DNA of 64,000 nt, from the IMG/VR virus record IMGVR_UViG_3300032173_000003, positions 23,021 through 87,020 of that record; one strand, given 5' to 3'. Shown here in pieces: positions 18,816 to 29,320 of the stretch. Under the pieces are notes generated by a model. The model did not search any database, was not told the origin of the DNA, and saw nothing but the letters and a program-made list of their open reading frames with translations. How positions within the stretch are numbered: position 1 is the stretch's first letter; each line of letters starts with the position of its first letter. Both the position numbers and the translations under genes were made by a program. The DNA comes from a virus.

Positions 18816-19610
18816 GAGGGGGAAGGGGTGATTGCCTTACCCCTTTATTGTAAACCATGGAAGGAGCAGTGTCAACCCCCTTGCCCTTAGTGGAGGATCG
18901 TGGCTGCGGTTTGACTTTTGAAAACTTTCATGGCTTCCGCCTTGATCTGGGCGCAAGTGAAAAAGCGTCCACCCATTCTGTAGTTGCGGTAAGGAAGCAT
19001 CGTCGGTTTCATCCCGGCTTCGGTGAGAACTGCCAGGGCTTGGCCGATGTTGAGTGACTGAGTGGCCATGGTGCCGTGATTGGTTGCGCTACCCTCAAAT
19101 TGTAGCAGCTTAATCTGTTAGGTGCAAGTCTGCGCAGCCGGTTCAGCTGTGATCTCACTTGAGGAGGCTTCCAACGGGGGTCAAGACTCTGGGTACGGCT
19201 CTCCAAAAATCATCTGATAGAAAAGCTTTGCTGCCTCACTGCTCCTGGCAAACTCGTCATCTTCCTCATTTAAGAGGTCGGAGTTAGGCTCTGTGGCGAG
19301 GTCGTCAGTGTCGTGTGCAAGTTGGTTTGACATTGAGAGGGGAGCTAATCCTTTATCTTAGCACAATGCTATAGCAAGGTCAAGGTGTGGATACCCACCC
19401 CCCACGAATGTCAGGCACATAGAGAAACTCTTCTCCATTGTCGTATGCCTGAGTTATGCTATAAGCCTCGGCCATCACAATTTCCAGAAGTTCTTGGTTC
19501 CCGTTCTCAAAGTGGAAATGTGTTTGATTGGCTAAATCAGTTAGTTTTACCAGAAGGATTTCCTCCAGAGTGTCGGGGTTCATTAGTCTCATCTACGATG
19601 TTTAAGGCAG

Positions 19611-19850
19611 CTATTGACTTCGCCATTTCAGTATGGCACGGGCGAACCTGATGGCTTCGTCATACAGAGAAAAATAGCGACTAGATTTATCCCACAGCCT
19701 GCATATTTCATCCTCTGTCAGTTCTTGCGGCTCGGGCTCAACATGTAGGGCATCATTCATTTCGTGAATGACGGTCCAATAGTCTTCACCATTGCCCCAC
19801 TTATCAACGAGTTTGGCGCACAGGGATTTCCAGTAGTTGGGGTCAGTCAT
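19611..19850 (-). CDS. hypothetical protein
   Basis: WKSLCAKL, LTEDEI..FARAIL modules. Confidence 0.6.
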   Translation of the reverse strand: MTDPNYWKSLCAKLVDKWGNGEDYWTVIHEMNDALHVEPEPQELTEDEICRLWDKSSRYFSLYDEAIRFARAILKWRSQ

Positions 19851-20143
19851 GGTAGCACCCTTGAATAGTGTCCGTGGGCTTTCAGAAGGTAGCGAATGCG
19901 GGGGAGAGCTTGGGCGGCACGTTCTTCACACCATTGCAAGTCATCTCCTTCCTCACGCTCAGCGTCCCCAATGTCAGCTAAGGCAGCTTCAGCATAGGCC
20001 AATGCGGAAAGTAAACCGTCACGGTCGTTTAAAGCATGGGAATAACTCCCGGCACTAAACTTGTCGTGATAGATAAGTTTTTCGCGTTCAGTGTCTGTTA
20101 AATTTTTGAAAACTACTGTGTGAAACTGGTTGGAGTCAATCAT
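19847..20143 (-). CDS. hypothetical protein
   Basis: 98 aa ORF in overlapping run. Confidence 0.6.
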   Translation of the reverse strand: MIDSNQFHTVVFKNLTDTEREKLIYHDKFSAGSYSHALNDRDGLLSALAYAEAALADIGDAEREEGDDLQWCEERAAQALPRIRYLLKAHGHYSRVLP

Positions 20144-20444
20144 TTGATCTCATTGATTTGATGAAGGGCCTAATGAAAGCCCAAGCCGTTTTAGCTATGT
20201 CCACAAGGAGAGGCTCTTGGGCGTCTACCCCAGGTTTGGGGAGACGGGGCTCATACCCAACAGCATCGGGACCGCATAGTTTTTTGTTTTCTCTAGCGGT
20301 CAGGCACCAATATTCGTCTTTGGTTGATGTTCCGTGCAAATAGTTATCGACGGTGAAAGTGTACTTCTTGCAGGTGGGGGTGAAATCATCGCTGTCATCG
20401 CAATGCTCGCAACTGTAGCAGGATTTTAAGGGGGTGTCAGTCAT
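20136..20444 (-). CDS. Cys-rich hypothetical protein
   Basis: SCYSCEHC...WC..R...CG. Confidence 0.6.
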   Translation of the reverse strand: MTDTPLKSCYSCEHCDDSDDFTPTCKKYTFTVDNYLHGTSTKDEYWCLTARENKKLCGPDAVGYEPRLPKPGVDAQEPLLVDIAKTAWAFIRPFIKSMRSND

Positions 20445-20903
20445 GGTCGGTGTTTATCAATCATAGATTTCAGTCTCGTTTTCAAGTTTGTTCAAGACGG
20501 TTCGGCGGGTCGGGATGCCAAGGGCCATTCTCAGGGTGTCCACCTCGTGAATGAGCAACCTCACCATGTCTAATGGAGCAACTTCACACTCAGGGTAAAC
20601 CTTGCTGACTTCTGAGGCGATGCGGAGGTATTCGGCCCTGTAGTAGTCTATTTCGTTTGGGATTGTCATTGCTCAACAGCAGTGTAAGGTGTAAACCCCA
20701 GCTCAAAAAGGTCCCCCTCCCTGTTGACGTATAGAAGTTTAGGCTCCTCACCGTCCGGATACCACCAAGCAAACCGGTTTCTCACAATTTTAAGTCTTTC
20801 TGACGGGGAGGTTTTCCCCCTTAACAGCGTGTAAATAAGGCCGTCAGGGTACTGAGTACAGGGGGGTAGCAGGTTCACGCCTTTTGCGCCATCGAACCCG
20901 GCT

Positions 20904-21191
20904 TCAGTTGGTGTCATCATTGTTATTTGTGTAAGGTCCAGGGATAATCCACTGTAGGTTTAAACTTTTGCATTGGGCGCAGAATTCATCGACCCCTTCA
21001 GCCCAAACATACCCGATTCCACGGGCATTTACGTAAATTGAGTCAGTGCCGGTCTCACATCGTGTGCTACAAACATCTCGGCACCCTTCATAGTCTACAA
21101 TGCAAACCACGGATTGGTTTTTTGCCAGCTCATACAAGGTTGCATAGTCTGAAGATAAATTGTAACCAGAAATGTCTCTTACTGAGGTCAT
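20904..21191 (-). CDS. hypothetical protein
   Basis: 95 aa ORF. Confidence 0.55.
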   Translation of the reverse strand: MTSVRDISGYNLSSDYATLYELAKNQSVVCIVDYEGCRDVCSTRCETGTDSIYVNARGIGYVWAEGVDEFCAQCKSLNLQWIIPGPYTNNNDDTN

Positions 21192-21299
21192 ATGTGTTAG
21201 TTAAGTGTTGTGAGGGTTGCAAGAATTACCGTTGACAGCCAGTCCAAGACTCGAATTGTACTGTCATCCATGGTTGGTTTCCGGGTTCACATGGTAGTA

Positions 21300-22139
21300 T
21301 CATACAGCATAGTCCCCCCTGTTGTCAAGGGGTTCCTGTAGGAGTCTCATTCTGTTTGACGTATCAATCCCCCTTGCTTTTTGGTAACTTGAAAGACTAC
21401 CAGCATTTGTAGTAAAACCAGTTACCGTGCATTGCCATCTCTGAGACAGGGCAATGGCTAAATTTTCTCTTGCCTTTTCTCTTTGCTCCGGGGTCTTACT
21501 TGCCGCCCTCTTCTTTGCAATTTCACTTCTTTGCTCCGGGGTCTTACTTGCCGCCCTCTTCTTTGCAATTTCACTTCTTTGCTCCGGGGTCTTACTTGCC
21601 GCCCTCTTCTTTGCAACTTCACTTCTTTGCTCCGGGGTCTTATTTGCCGCCCTCTTCTTTGCAACTTCACTTCTTTGCTCAGGAGTCATACTTGCCTGCG
21701 CCTTCCTTACCCTCTTACTTCTTTGCTCAGGAGTCATACTTGCCGCCGCTTTCCTTCCCCTCTTACTTCTTTGCTCAGGAGTCATACTTGCCGCCGCTTT
21801 CCTTGCCACCTCACTTCTTTGCTCCGGTGTTGAATTCTTCAAGTATTCCGTATTACAAAATCTCTCATTAGCATTGTGTTTATTGGCAAATTTCGGATTC
21901 AATCCAACGTCATAGAAACGGTGAAGAATCCTCTCATCCTTATTCGCCTCTTCTCTGGTCTCATAAGTCCCTAGTATAATCTTACTAGTTGGTAGAAATG
22001 ACTTATCGCTAAATGAACCAAAATACTTCACATCTTCTTCCGGCTTACAGTTACAGCTTCTCACCCCGATGTAACCCCTACCAAACTCTTCATACGAGTA
22101 GTAAGTATAATGGTATTTTTTGTGAAGGTCGGTTCTCAT
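21300..22139 (-). CDS. GIY-YIG (Seg-like) homing endonuclease with 16-aa tandem repeats
   Basis: HYTYYSYEEFGRGYIGVRSC...YFGS...; TPEQRS repeats; WQCTVTG tail. Confidence 0.85.
   Translation of the reverse strand: MRTDLHKKYHYTYYSYEEFGRGYIGVRSCNCKPEEDVKYFGSFSDKSFLPTSKIILGTYETREEANKDERILHRFYDVGLNPKFANKHNANERFCNTEYLKNSTPEQRSEVARKAAASMTPEQRSKRGRKAAASMTPEQRSKRVRKAQASMTPEQRSEVAKKRAANKTPEQRSEVAKKRAASKTPEQRSEIAKKRAASKTPEQRSEIAKKRAASKTPEQREKARENLAIALSQRWQCTVTGFTTNAGSLSSYQKARGIDTSNRMRLLQEPLDNRGDYAV
21478..21830 (-). repeat. 48-bp coding tandem repeat, 7 full plus 1 partial
   Basis: ctttgctc recurs every 48 nt; encodes TPEQRSEVAKKRAASK-type units. Confidence 0.9.
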
Positions 22140-22347
22140 GATTTTGCTTCTGCGGGTACTCGCAACTGTAGCAGGATTTTAGGGGGGTTTCAATTGTTCC
22201 AGTGCCGGATTACGCCAGCAACGATAAAGATGTTGGTAGTCAGGTAGCTGAGCAGGATGACTAAGCGGACCATAGCGATGCGGTCAGCAATGCTAGGGTC
22301 GGGGTGCGCCTTCTCGCCTAAGGCTTTGGCGAGGATACGCCAGCGGC

Positions 22348-22608
22348 TCACTGCGCAGCCTCCAGCTCGGCGGCGATGGCGAGGAAGCCCTCGGCAACAT
22401 CCATTGCTCCTTGTTTCCATCCTTTGCCCCAATCAGTTGACGGAATGCCTGTTACGACTGTTCGCCTAGCCTGATCAGCAGCAGCTCGCAGGGCGGCGGC
22501 GATGCCTTGGCGAGTTGTTCCGGCTTGGTCAAATGCGGAGTCGGCAGCATCCAGCACCGCCTGGGCGGCGGGGGAGAGTTGCGTATCGGGTGCGGTTGTT
22601 TTGCTCAT
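22348..22608 (-). CDS. small protein, LSPAAQAVLDA paralog family
   Basis: LSPAAQAVLDAA...IAAALRAAAD...LAIAAELE. Confidence 0.65.
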   Translation of the reverse strand: MSKTTAPDTQLSPAAQAVLDAADSAFDQAGTTRQGIAAALRAAADQARRTVVTGIPSTDWGKGWKQGAMDVAEGFLAIAAELEAAQ

Positions 22609-22797
22609 GAATCGCGCAGTTCGGCAGCATTCATCATCTCAGGACAATGCCGTTCCATTATGCCATAAAGTTCCTCCATAAGGTCTCCGTAGCAATTAAG
22701 ATCTTCAACCGGATTCAGGGCAGAGGCAATTTGTTCAAGAATTTCGTTTGGGGTGAGTTTCATGGGGAGTTGCATATCGGGGGTGATTGGGGGTTGG

Positions 22798-23529
22798 TCA
22801 GTCATTGGTGGCCTCGGGGGTGGGTAGGGCGTTGGTTGGGGCCGGCACAGGCACTATTTCAACTATTCCCGGTATCCAGTACCGCCCCTGTTCATCCCAC
22901 CATCCCTCACGCCCCGGCAGGCGCTCGCTTACCGCCACTGGCTGCGGCGTGGGGTTGTTGATTTCATGCAATCGCCTGACCACCTCAGCTAGTTCTGCTG
23001 GGGGTTGCGGCGTGGGGCGGCCCCAGCGGGCAACGACGGCTTTTAACCCGCGCAGGTGAATTTCGTCAGCAGTGCCACCTTCTGATAGACACGCCTTGTA
23101 AAATGCCTCTAGCAGTTCCTGGTCTCGGCCAGTGTGCTCAGCGTCGATGTAACTCGGGGGCAGCTCCGGCTGGGCTAGGGCGGCGCGGGCGCGGTTAATC
23201 ACAGCGGAGAGGTTTGCGGTCCACCGGCTAACCGACATGCCTTCATCGGCATCATGTGCGTCAATAATCTCAGCGCACAGGGCGCGGAAGGTGTCAGTCG
23301 CTACCGGCGAGTTACCAGGATCGTCTCGGTCTATGGCAATCAACCGATCCATCTTGTCCTGGGGAGGCTGCGCAGCCTCCAGCGCCTCGATGCGGTCGCG
23401 GAGTTCAAGGATGCAGGCGGCGGGATCGATGCTGTCGGCGTACAGCTCAATGAATTCCCACTGTTCGGGCGTGGCGCGGTGTTGATTAGTCATTGGGTAG
23501 GGCCTCCAGAGTTTCACGAAGATCATCAA
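22798..23529 (-). CDS. modular hypothetical protein
   Basis: HRATPEQW, FRALCAE..ARAALAQPE, PVAVSERLP modules. Confidence 0.65.
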   Translation of the reverse strand: MMIFVKLWRPYPMTNQHRATPEQWEFIELYADSIDPAACILELRDRIEALEAAQPPQDKMDRLIAIDRDDPGNSPVATDTFRALCAEIIDAHDADEGMSVSRWTANLSAVINRARAALAQPELPPSYIDAEHTGRDQELLEAFYKACLSEGGTADEIHLRGLKAVVARWGRPTPQPPAELAEVVRRLHEINNPTPQPVAVSERLPGREGWWDEQGRYWIPGIVEIVPVPAPTNALPTPEATND

Positions 23530-23707
23530 TAGCGTTTTGAGTACTTTGATACTTGTCTGCTACGTCCCTGATGTGCTCAAGTTTTTGTAACAGTTGTTCC
23601 TTCAAGCTCGGCGGCTCAGGGCGGCGGCGAGTGCCTGGCGCTCATCGTCGTCAACCACGAACCATTCCGACATGGCATCCAGCACCGCCTGAGCAGTAAG
23701 GGAAAGG

Positions 23708-24085
23708 TTAGACATACTGGTTTACCGCTCGATTGTAAAAGTCATTGAGTGCTTTGAGTACACTGGGCTCCAGCACAACTACAGGTTCGTTACGATGGTC
23801 GTTTACAGTTAGAGAAACGGAATACCCGTCAAACTGGGCATACACGCCGTGTCCTAGGTGTTCAGTCCAAGGGTCATTCATTTTAGGTTGAGGGATTAGT
23901 TTTACGGTTTGCTCCACCCATCCCCGATTAGTTGAGGGAGCTGTTAGCCTGAGTACGTGAGTAAACCAGTCCTTATACGAGCCGGTATAGAGGGAAATGC
24001 CAAGAATAGTGGATAGACCGTCAGCCTCGCCACTACACCACGTAGGGTACTTGTCCCCCACTTTGAGGGCATCGGTAATAACCAT
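23708..24085 (-). CDS. hypothetical protein
   Basis: 125 aa ORF. Confidence 0.55.
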   Translation of the reverse strand: MVITDALKVGDKYPTWCSGEADGLSTILGISLYTGSYKDWFTHVLRLTAPSTNRGWVEQTVKLIPQPKMNDPWTEHLGHGVYAQFDGYSVSLTVNDHRNEPVVVLEPSVLKALNDFYNRAVNQYV

Positions 24086-24516
24086 GATTTTGTTTAGTAG
24101 CTATGTTGGGGGGGGGTAAGTAAAATTACTTAACAACAACCCTGCTCAGGAAGTTGGAGCGGCTTGCTTTGGCCTGGCGGACAGCCTGGGGCTTTGCCTT
24201 GCCTTTGTGCTTACGTCCCTTTTGACGGGGACCCAGTTTGCAACGGATTGAATCGTTTTCCATCGGTGAACCGTGCCTTGTTCCCCCTATTGTAGCAGCT
24301 TATGACCACGGGGTCAACGGTTTGCCCAGCCTCACCCGAACCCGTGCTCATCCCAGAAAAGGTTAGCTTCATATAGGCCGCCGTACCAAATGGCCGTAAA
24401 TAACCAGAATAGGCATATAGTTGCAAGCAGGAAAGGATAAATAAGCAGTCGCCTCAGGATGACAAACCACGGCAACAAACCTGTGCGTCTGTTTTCGGGC
24501 CAGCGCAGAATCTTGA

Positions 24517-25551
24517 TTAGTTTTTGTTCTTTAATAGCCATTCGTTACTAATTACTTTGAATGAGAATGAGGAATCGTAGGATTTGAATACCAGACCTTC
24601 GCGCTTGACTTCAGGATTTAAAGAAGGGCCAGTGGCATAGCTGAGCAATGCTTCGACATTATCAAAGCGGCTAGCCACATAAGTGCGCAAATCCCAGATT
24701 GGAGTGTGCTCAAGGTTGGCCCCAAGGGCAATCAGAATGTCCTCAAGGAAGGCAAGACGTTGACCGGGCTTCATGTAGGTCCCGGCATCAATGTCAAAGA
24801 TGTCAAACAGGTACAGGCGTTGGCCTTGAATTTTTTCCTGATTACCCTGGATTCCTTCGCCAATGAGTTCACCTTGGATAGCCACATTGTGGCCAGTCCT
24901 TTTGTTGTAAGCAAGCAGTGCCTCAACGATGTTTTGATCTCGGGCAGCTTTCCAGAAACTGTTCCCTTCTGTCTCTATCAAATCAAGGTTACGGCTGCAT
25001 ACACCGACCTCTCCATCCTTGACGTAGATTGTGCAAGAGGAGCCGTCGAGTTTGATAGTGACCTCAAAGGACTCATCTTTGTGCTTCTCAAAAATGTCCG
25101 AAACAACGTTCTGGCAACGTTCCTGGTCAGTTTTTGGAATGAAGCTGGGGAAGTTGCCCCTAGCTGTACCTGCAAGGCAGGCAGGGACAGGTGCTTCCCA
25201 TTTTTGAATGCCCAGGGTTTCTGTAACATCGGTTCCAGGGTCACGGAAGAAGCTAAGCTCTACCGGCAGCAAAAGCCCCTGCGACAAAGTACCCCTGAGT
25301 CGGATAGTTCTCAAACGTTCACCTTTCACCCCATTATATTCACGGGGCTCTTTGCCTTTACTGAGGAATGGGGCAAGTTCGTGGGGGATCCATGAATCCA
25401 CCTCACAATAAATCACAAGGTCGTTTACTTGATACTTATTGATAGTATCAACAACCCACCAACCATCTACCCGATAAGCACAAATCTTATCTGCTTCTGG
25501 AATCGGTTTAATTTCTTCAATTTCTCGGATTGTTGCCAGTTTTCGTGTCAT
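24517..25551 (-). CDS. RNA ligase, DRB0094/Rnl2-like family
   Basis: RKLATIREI, SQGLLLP, PKTDQERCQN, KLDGSS (motif I), QGELIG, REGLVFK, FKVISN. Confidence 0.92.
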   Translation of the reverse strand: MTRKLATIREIEEIKPIPEADKICAYRVDGWWVVDTINKYQVNDLVIYCEVDSWIPHELAPFLSKGKEPREYNGVKGERLRTIRLRGTLSQGLLLPVELSFFRDPGTDVTETLGIQKWEAPVPACLAGTARGNFPSFIPKTDQERCQNVVSDIFEKHKDESFEVTIKLDGSSCTIYVKDGEVGVCSRNLDLIETEGNSFWKAARDQNIVEALLAYNKRTGHNVAIQGELIGEGIQGNQEKIQGQRLYLFDIFDIDAGTYMKPGQRLAFLEDILIALGANLEHTPIWDLRTYVASRFDNVEALLSYATGPSLNPEVKREGLVFKSYDSSFSFKVISNEWLLKNKN

Positions 25552-25940
25552 TTCTTAAGTAATTAATTGCGGATTCTAATAATTGAGGAGAGTCTTTGAA
25601 TAATCCAAGTCCTTTATTGCATCCATTACACAATAACCCCCGGATTTGTCCTGTATTATGGTCATGGTCCACGGCGACAACCTCTAAAGATTGACCTTTT
25701 CTTCTTTCTGGAAGTTTTTAATTATTCTCACATATGGAGCATTTTCCTTTAAAAACGATCTAATAACCCCAAAACTCATTTAGAGAAATTCCATACTTTT
25801 TGTTCAAAGTATGATTTCTTTGCATTTCGTAGTAGGTATCAATTTTTTTTTCTTTTTTCTCTACTGTGGGTAATACACATCTCACCATTAGTCAGAGTAT
25901 TACACCCATCTATTATACACTTTTTCTTTTTTCTTGGCAT
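25550..25940 (-). pseudogene. decayed endonuclease VII-like homing endonuclease
   Basis: Manual translation: KYGISLNEF..*..KGKCSICE..*..VAVDHDHNTGQIRGLLCNGCNKGLGLFKDS; stops and frameshifts; AT-rich. Confidence 0.8.
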
Positions 25941-25941
25941 T

Positions 25942-26046
25942 TTATTCACTTCCTACAATAGCGCACTCGATGGCGTCAGCGTCGGGGATGGGCTTAATGT
26001 ACGTGATTTCACGGATGGAAGCAAGTTTGCGGATTGTATCAGTCAT
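25942..26046 (-). pseudogene. relic N-terminus of an RNA ligase allele (34 aa)
   Basis: MTDTIRKLASIREITYIKPIPDADAIECAIVGSE* versus ligase MTRKLATIREIEEIKPIPEADKIC. Confidence 0.8.
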
Positions 26047-26301
26047 TTGCTCAGTTGGTTGTGTTCTTTTGTTCGTTGGCCCACTCTACAAACTCCTCTA
26101 CTTTTTCAGCAGAGGGGTATACTCTGTGTCCAAAGTCCTCTTCGACCTTTTCGTGATAAAAGTCCTTAAGCTCTACGTCAGTCAAGTCTTCGATGTCGTC
26201 TGCATCGATGTTAAAGTATTTGGGGCGGGCAGGTCCAGCGTACCCGTCATCAATCAGGTACTGGGCTCTAAAGGTTTCACTCACTGTTTTATGGTTGGTA
26301 A

Positions 26302-26892
26302 TTAGGAGGTGTATGTGCATTCATTGTCGCTCTCAATGAAAGTGCTAGGGCCGGAGCCAACACAATCAATCAAGTACCTGCTTTCCAGTTCCTCGGCCAA
26401 ACTAAAACCAACACCTTGCCAATGCCATCTACAGTCAGGGTCTGAGTGGGACAGGTAGTCGCTGTATGAACTCCACTGATGACCCGAACCTTTAGCTTCC
26501 CTCCTGTATACCCCAGAATCGTACTTAAAGTAATCCTGACGGAGACCCTCCATATGGAAGCGCTCCATGCGTTTAGAGTCAGGAATCTCTTCCAGCAGCT
26601 CCATGAGTCTACCCGGATTGTCCTTCAAGTACTCACAGATTTTCTCCAAATTTTCGTCCCGGTTAGTGCTCATTGTTAGTTGAGATTTGGTTTGTGGTTT
26701 TTGAAGTTGGCTATTCTGTTCAAGGTATGACCAAAGGAAATCACCGGGGTCAACTCTTGTGCCGCCCCAAGGACTGATATAAACTCTGTGCCCAGCTTCA
26801 CAGTGAATTGTGCTTTCACCTGTCTTAAAGTAGTGGATAGTATCTTCTAGCCACCGCTTGAACCAGCGTTTTACCGTACTGGTTGGTTTCAC
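26302..26892 (-). CDS. hypothetical protein
   Basis: 196 aa ORF. Confidence 0.55.
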   Translation of the reverse strand: MKPTSTVKRWFKRWLEDTIHYFKTGESTIHCEAGHRVYISPWGGTRVDPGDFLWSYLEQNSQLQKPQTKSQLTMSTNRDENLEKICEYLKDNPGRLMELLEEIPDSKRMERFHMEGLRQDYFKYDSGVYRREAKGSGHQWSSYSDYLSHSDPDCRWHWQGVGFSLAEELESRYLIDCVGSGPSTFIESDNECTYTS

Positions 26893-27143
26893 TTAAAGAA
26901 ACCTGTTGCCAAAGCAATCGCTAACATTATTGCGGCAATCGCTATAAAAATCAGAAAGCTGATCCAAATTGGAGACAAGACCCAGATCCAGGGCCATGCA
27001 ATATAACCCGTTAACTTAAGACCAACAAATAGTACGGTCAGCAAACCAGTGAAGCCAATGCCAGAAGAAGAAGAAGAAGAGCTGCCCATTGTTGAATACC
27101 GTGTTGCCCTAGTATAGCTCCTGAGGCGGGATCGTAAATTCAC
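26889..27143 (-). CDS. small membrane protein; likely start MGSS
   Basis: GIGFTGLLTVLFVGLKLTGYIAWPWIWVLSPIW. Confidence 0.75.
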   Translation of the reverse strand: MNLRSRLRSYTRATRYSTMGSSSSSSSGIGFTGLLTVLFVGLKLTGYIAWPWIWVLSPIWISFLIFIAIAAIMLAIALATGFFK

Positions 27144-27445
27144 CAGTCCCAGTCCCTTTCAATTAACTGCGTCACACCTTGACTTGCCAGCCACATCATG
27201 AACTTTGACTTGAAGCATTCGCCGCACATGTCAACCTCCACTTCCTGTCCGTAGCCGCCTTCGGGGTAGGAGTGCCCGTATTTATGCTTCACAGTAACTT
27301 CATCCACTTCGAAGCTTCCCTCAACAATACCCTTCCCGCAAAGGTCACAAACTACCTTTTCTTCAACCTCTCTTGTGTATTCAACTTTAACCGTCTTGTA
27401 GTGTTTCATTTTGCCAGTCCAATCATCGTTCAAGTCCCAGAGCAT
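27140..27445 (-). CDS. zinc-ribbon hypothetical protein
   Basis: CDLCG...MCGECF. Confidence 0.65.
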   Translation of the reverse strand: MLWDLNDDWTGKMKHYKTVKVEYTREVEEKVVCDLCGKGIVEGSFEVDEVTVKHKYGHSYPEGGYGQEVEVDMCGECFKSKFMMWLASQGVTQLIERDWDW

Positions 27446-27971
27446 TAACCTCTTCGTCAGTGAGTTTAGCTAGCGCACTTTGGCGAAGCACTCCTTTACG
27501 ATCTTCCCCTATTTTCCGACCGGTTTCTTTCCACCAATCGTAGATATTGCTGGTCTCGTCCAAGAGTTCAATCAAAAGCCCCTCGTATTCAATCAAAGTC
27601 ATTGCCTCCTCTAGATACTTGAAAAGAATTTCCGGAAGGTCTTTGTCTGAGACTTCCAACCCGTACTTTCGGAGGTTGTCGGTAGCTTGGTTTTTTTGGC
27701 TGGGGCGAGGTTCAAGAGTCTCGTTGCCAATAAGGTCCATGTAAGTCATGGGTCTTTTGTTTAAGGGTTCGTACTGACTCAGAAATTTTGACAAGGGGAG
27801 AATAATGTGGTTTCCCATGAAAAGGTACCGGACATTTAGTTCTGGTTCCTTCTCACCAGTCAACAGACGGTTGGTAAGAACTCGGGGAGGGTACAGAAGA
27901 ATTTGAACTTCATGCTTGGGGTGAAGCTGGTTTACCCAGTAAGAACCTGGTTGAGGGAGTGTATCAGTCAT
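27423..27971 (-). CDS. hypothetical protein
   Basis: 182 aa, SALAKLTDEEVNALGL tail. Confidence 0.6.
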   Translation of the reverse strand: MTDTLPQPGSYWVNQLHPKHEVQILLYPPRVLTNRLLTGEKEPELNVRYLFMGNHIILPLSKFLSQYEPLNKRPMTYMDLIGNETLEPRPSQKNQATDNLRKYGLEVSDKDLPEILFKYLEEAMTLIEYEGLLIELLDETSNIYDWWKETGRKIGEDRKGVLRQSALAKLTDEEVNALGLER

Positions 27972-28839
27972 TGTTAAAGAATCTCACTGACAGCCTCATC
28001 CGCAAGGTTACGGCAGTTGCTGCGTCGGTACAAGTATAGCACAGCCCAGTGGGGATGCCCGTAAGCACCACCCGTATAGCTGTTGTCACCCGTTTGGTAA
28101 TTCCAGCTTACTCCGGTTTCATCGATGGTTGCCCCAACAGTGACCTGAATACCCGGCACCGTATCATCCTCATCAATGCGATACTCATTGCTGATCTCGG
28201 GTTTGAGACCCTTGAGCAGGGACTCCACCTCATTGCGAAAGGTGGAGATTTGGCGTGGTTTCAGTGTCATTTGAGATCCTTCCATTGTTGAATAACTTGG
28301 GGTTGAACGAACCATTCTTTAGGGTTATTATCGGATCCTACCGCAAAGTCAATCTCCATAGTTTGATTTGACTTAACGATACGGGGAACTCCGTATTGCA
28401 CTTCACCTCCCGGAGTAGGAACATAATTCTTATGTACCCAAGCCCAAAACTCAGCGAGGTCAATTTCGATAGTGCCTTCAGCAGTATATGCCATTGTGTT
28501 ACTCAGTTACCGTTCAGAAAATCAGCCATCGCCTCCTCATACTCCTCGTAGGTGGCAAAGCGGTCCCTAAGCAGTGCGGGAACCTCACGGGCAGCCTTAG
28601 CAGGAGCCTGAGGCAGATCACGGGCTTTTTCCCGGTAGTAAGCGTGGTAGACGGAGCGGTCGCTTTCCATGGTTGGTGGTTGTTGGCTGGTATAGGTTAA
28701 TTGTAGCACTCTGCCACGGAGTTGGCAAGGGCGGCTCAGCGACCGCCTTGCTTGCATCAGTATAGACCTTCTGGCATCCTGAGTCAACCCTTAGCGCTTT
28801 AGCCCGGTTCTTCGCCCCATAGAATGGTGTAGAAGGTCC

Positions 28840-29103
28840 TTATTTTGTCCTTCGGACCAAGTTCAGCGAAGTTGAAGTCTCTTTCTCGCCTGTAGCTATT
28901 CCACTCACTTCCAGAAGCTTGGGAGGCAACCATTGCTCATAGGCATCGCACACCCTGTCCCGTTCTTCTGGGGAAGGGCCAACCATTTTGAAGGGATTGC
29001 CTAAAGGGGTACTGCGGTGAACTGCCGCTCTGATTGTTCCCTCCGGTGGTTTCATCGGTCGGTTCCCAATGTGGTACTTATTGACGACTTTTATCTCAGT
29101 CAT
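28840..29103 (-). CDS. DUF4326-like protein, possibly truncated
   Basis: VVNK..RSTPLGNPF..RDRVCDAYEQWL; lacks the usual C-terminal Cys/His motif. Confidence 0.6.
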   Translation of the reverse strand: MTEIKVVNKYHIGNRPMKPPEGTIRAAVHRSTPLGNPFKMVGPSPEERDRVCDAYEQWLPPKLLEVSGIATGEKETSTSLNLVRRTK

Positions 29104-29320
29104 TTTTCGACCATGAGGACAGACTGTCTAAGGACGTAGGGACTGAGAACGAGGATATTTCCCTTATCATCTTCAATTGAGAGGGAACCCTGATCATTAT
29201 GGCAGTTATCACCAACTCCCTCCATCTGAAGAATTAACTCTTCATACCGAGTTTCATTGAAAGGTTCGTGAGCGGTTTGAACGATTCCGAAATCTTTTGT
29301 AATGATTCTGATTCTCATTT

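Noticed and set aside
21478-21830. Regular 48-bp repeats resembling a CRISPR array
   Set aside because: No unique spacers; they are in-frame coding repeats of the GIY-YIG endonuclease.
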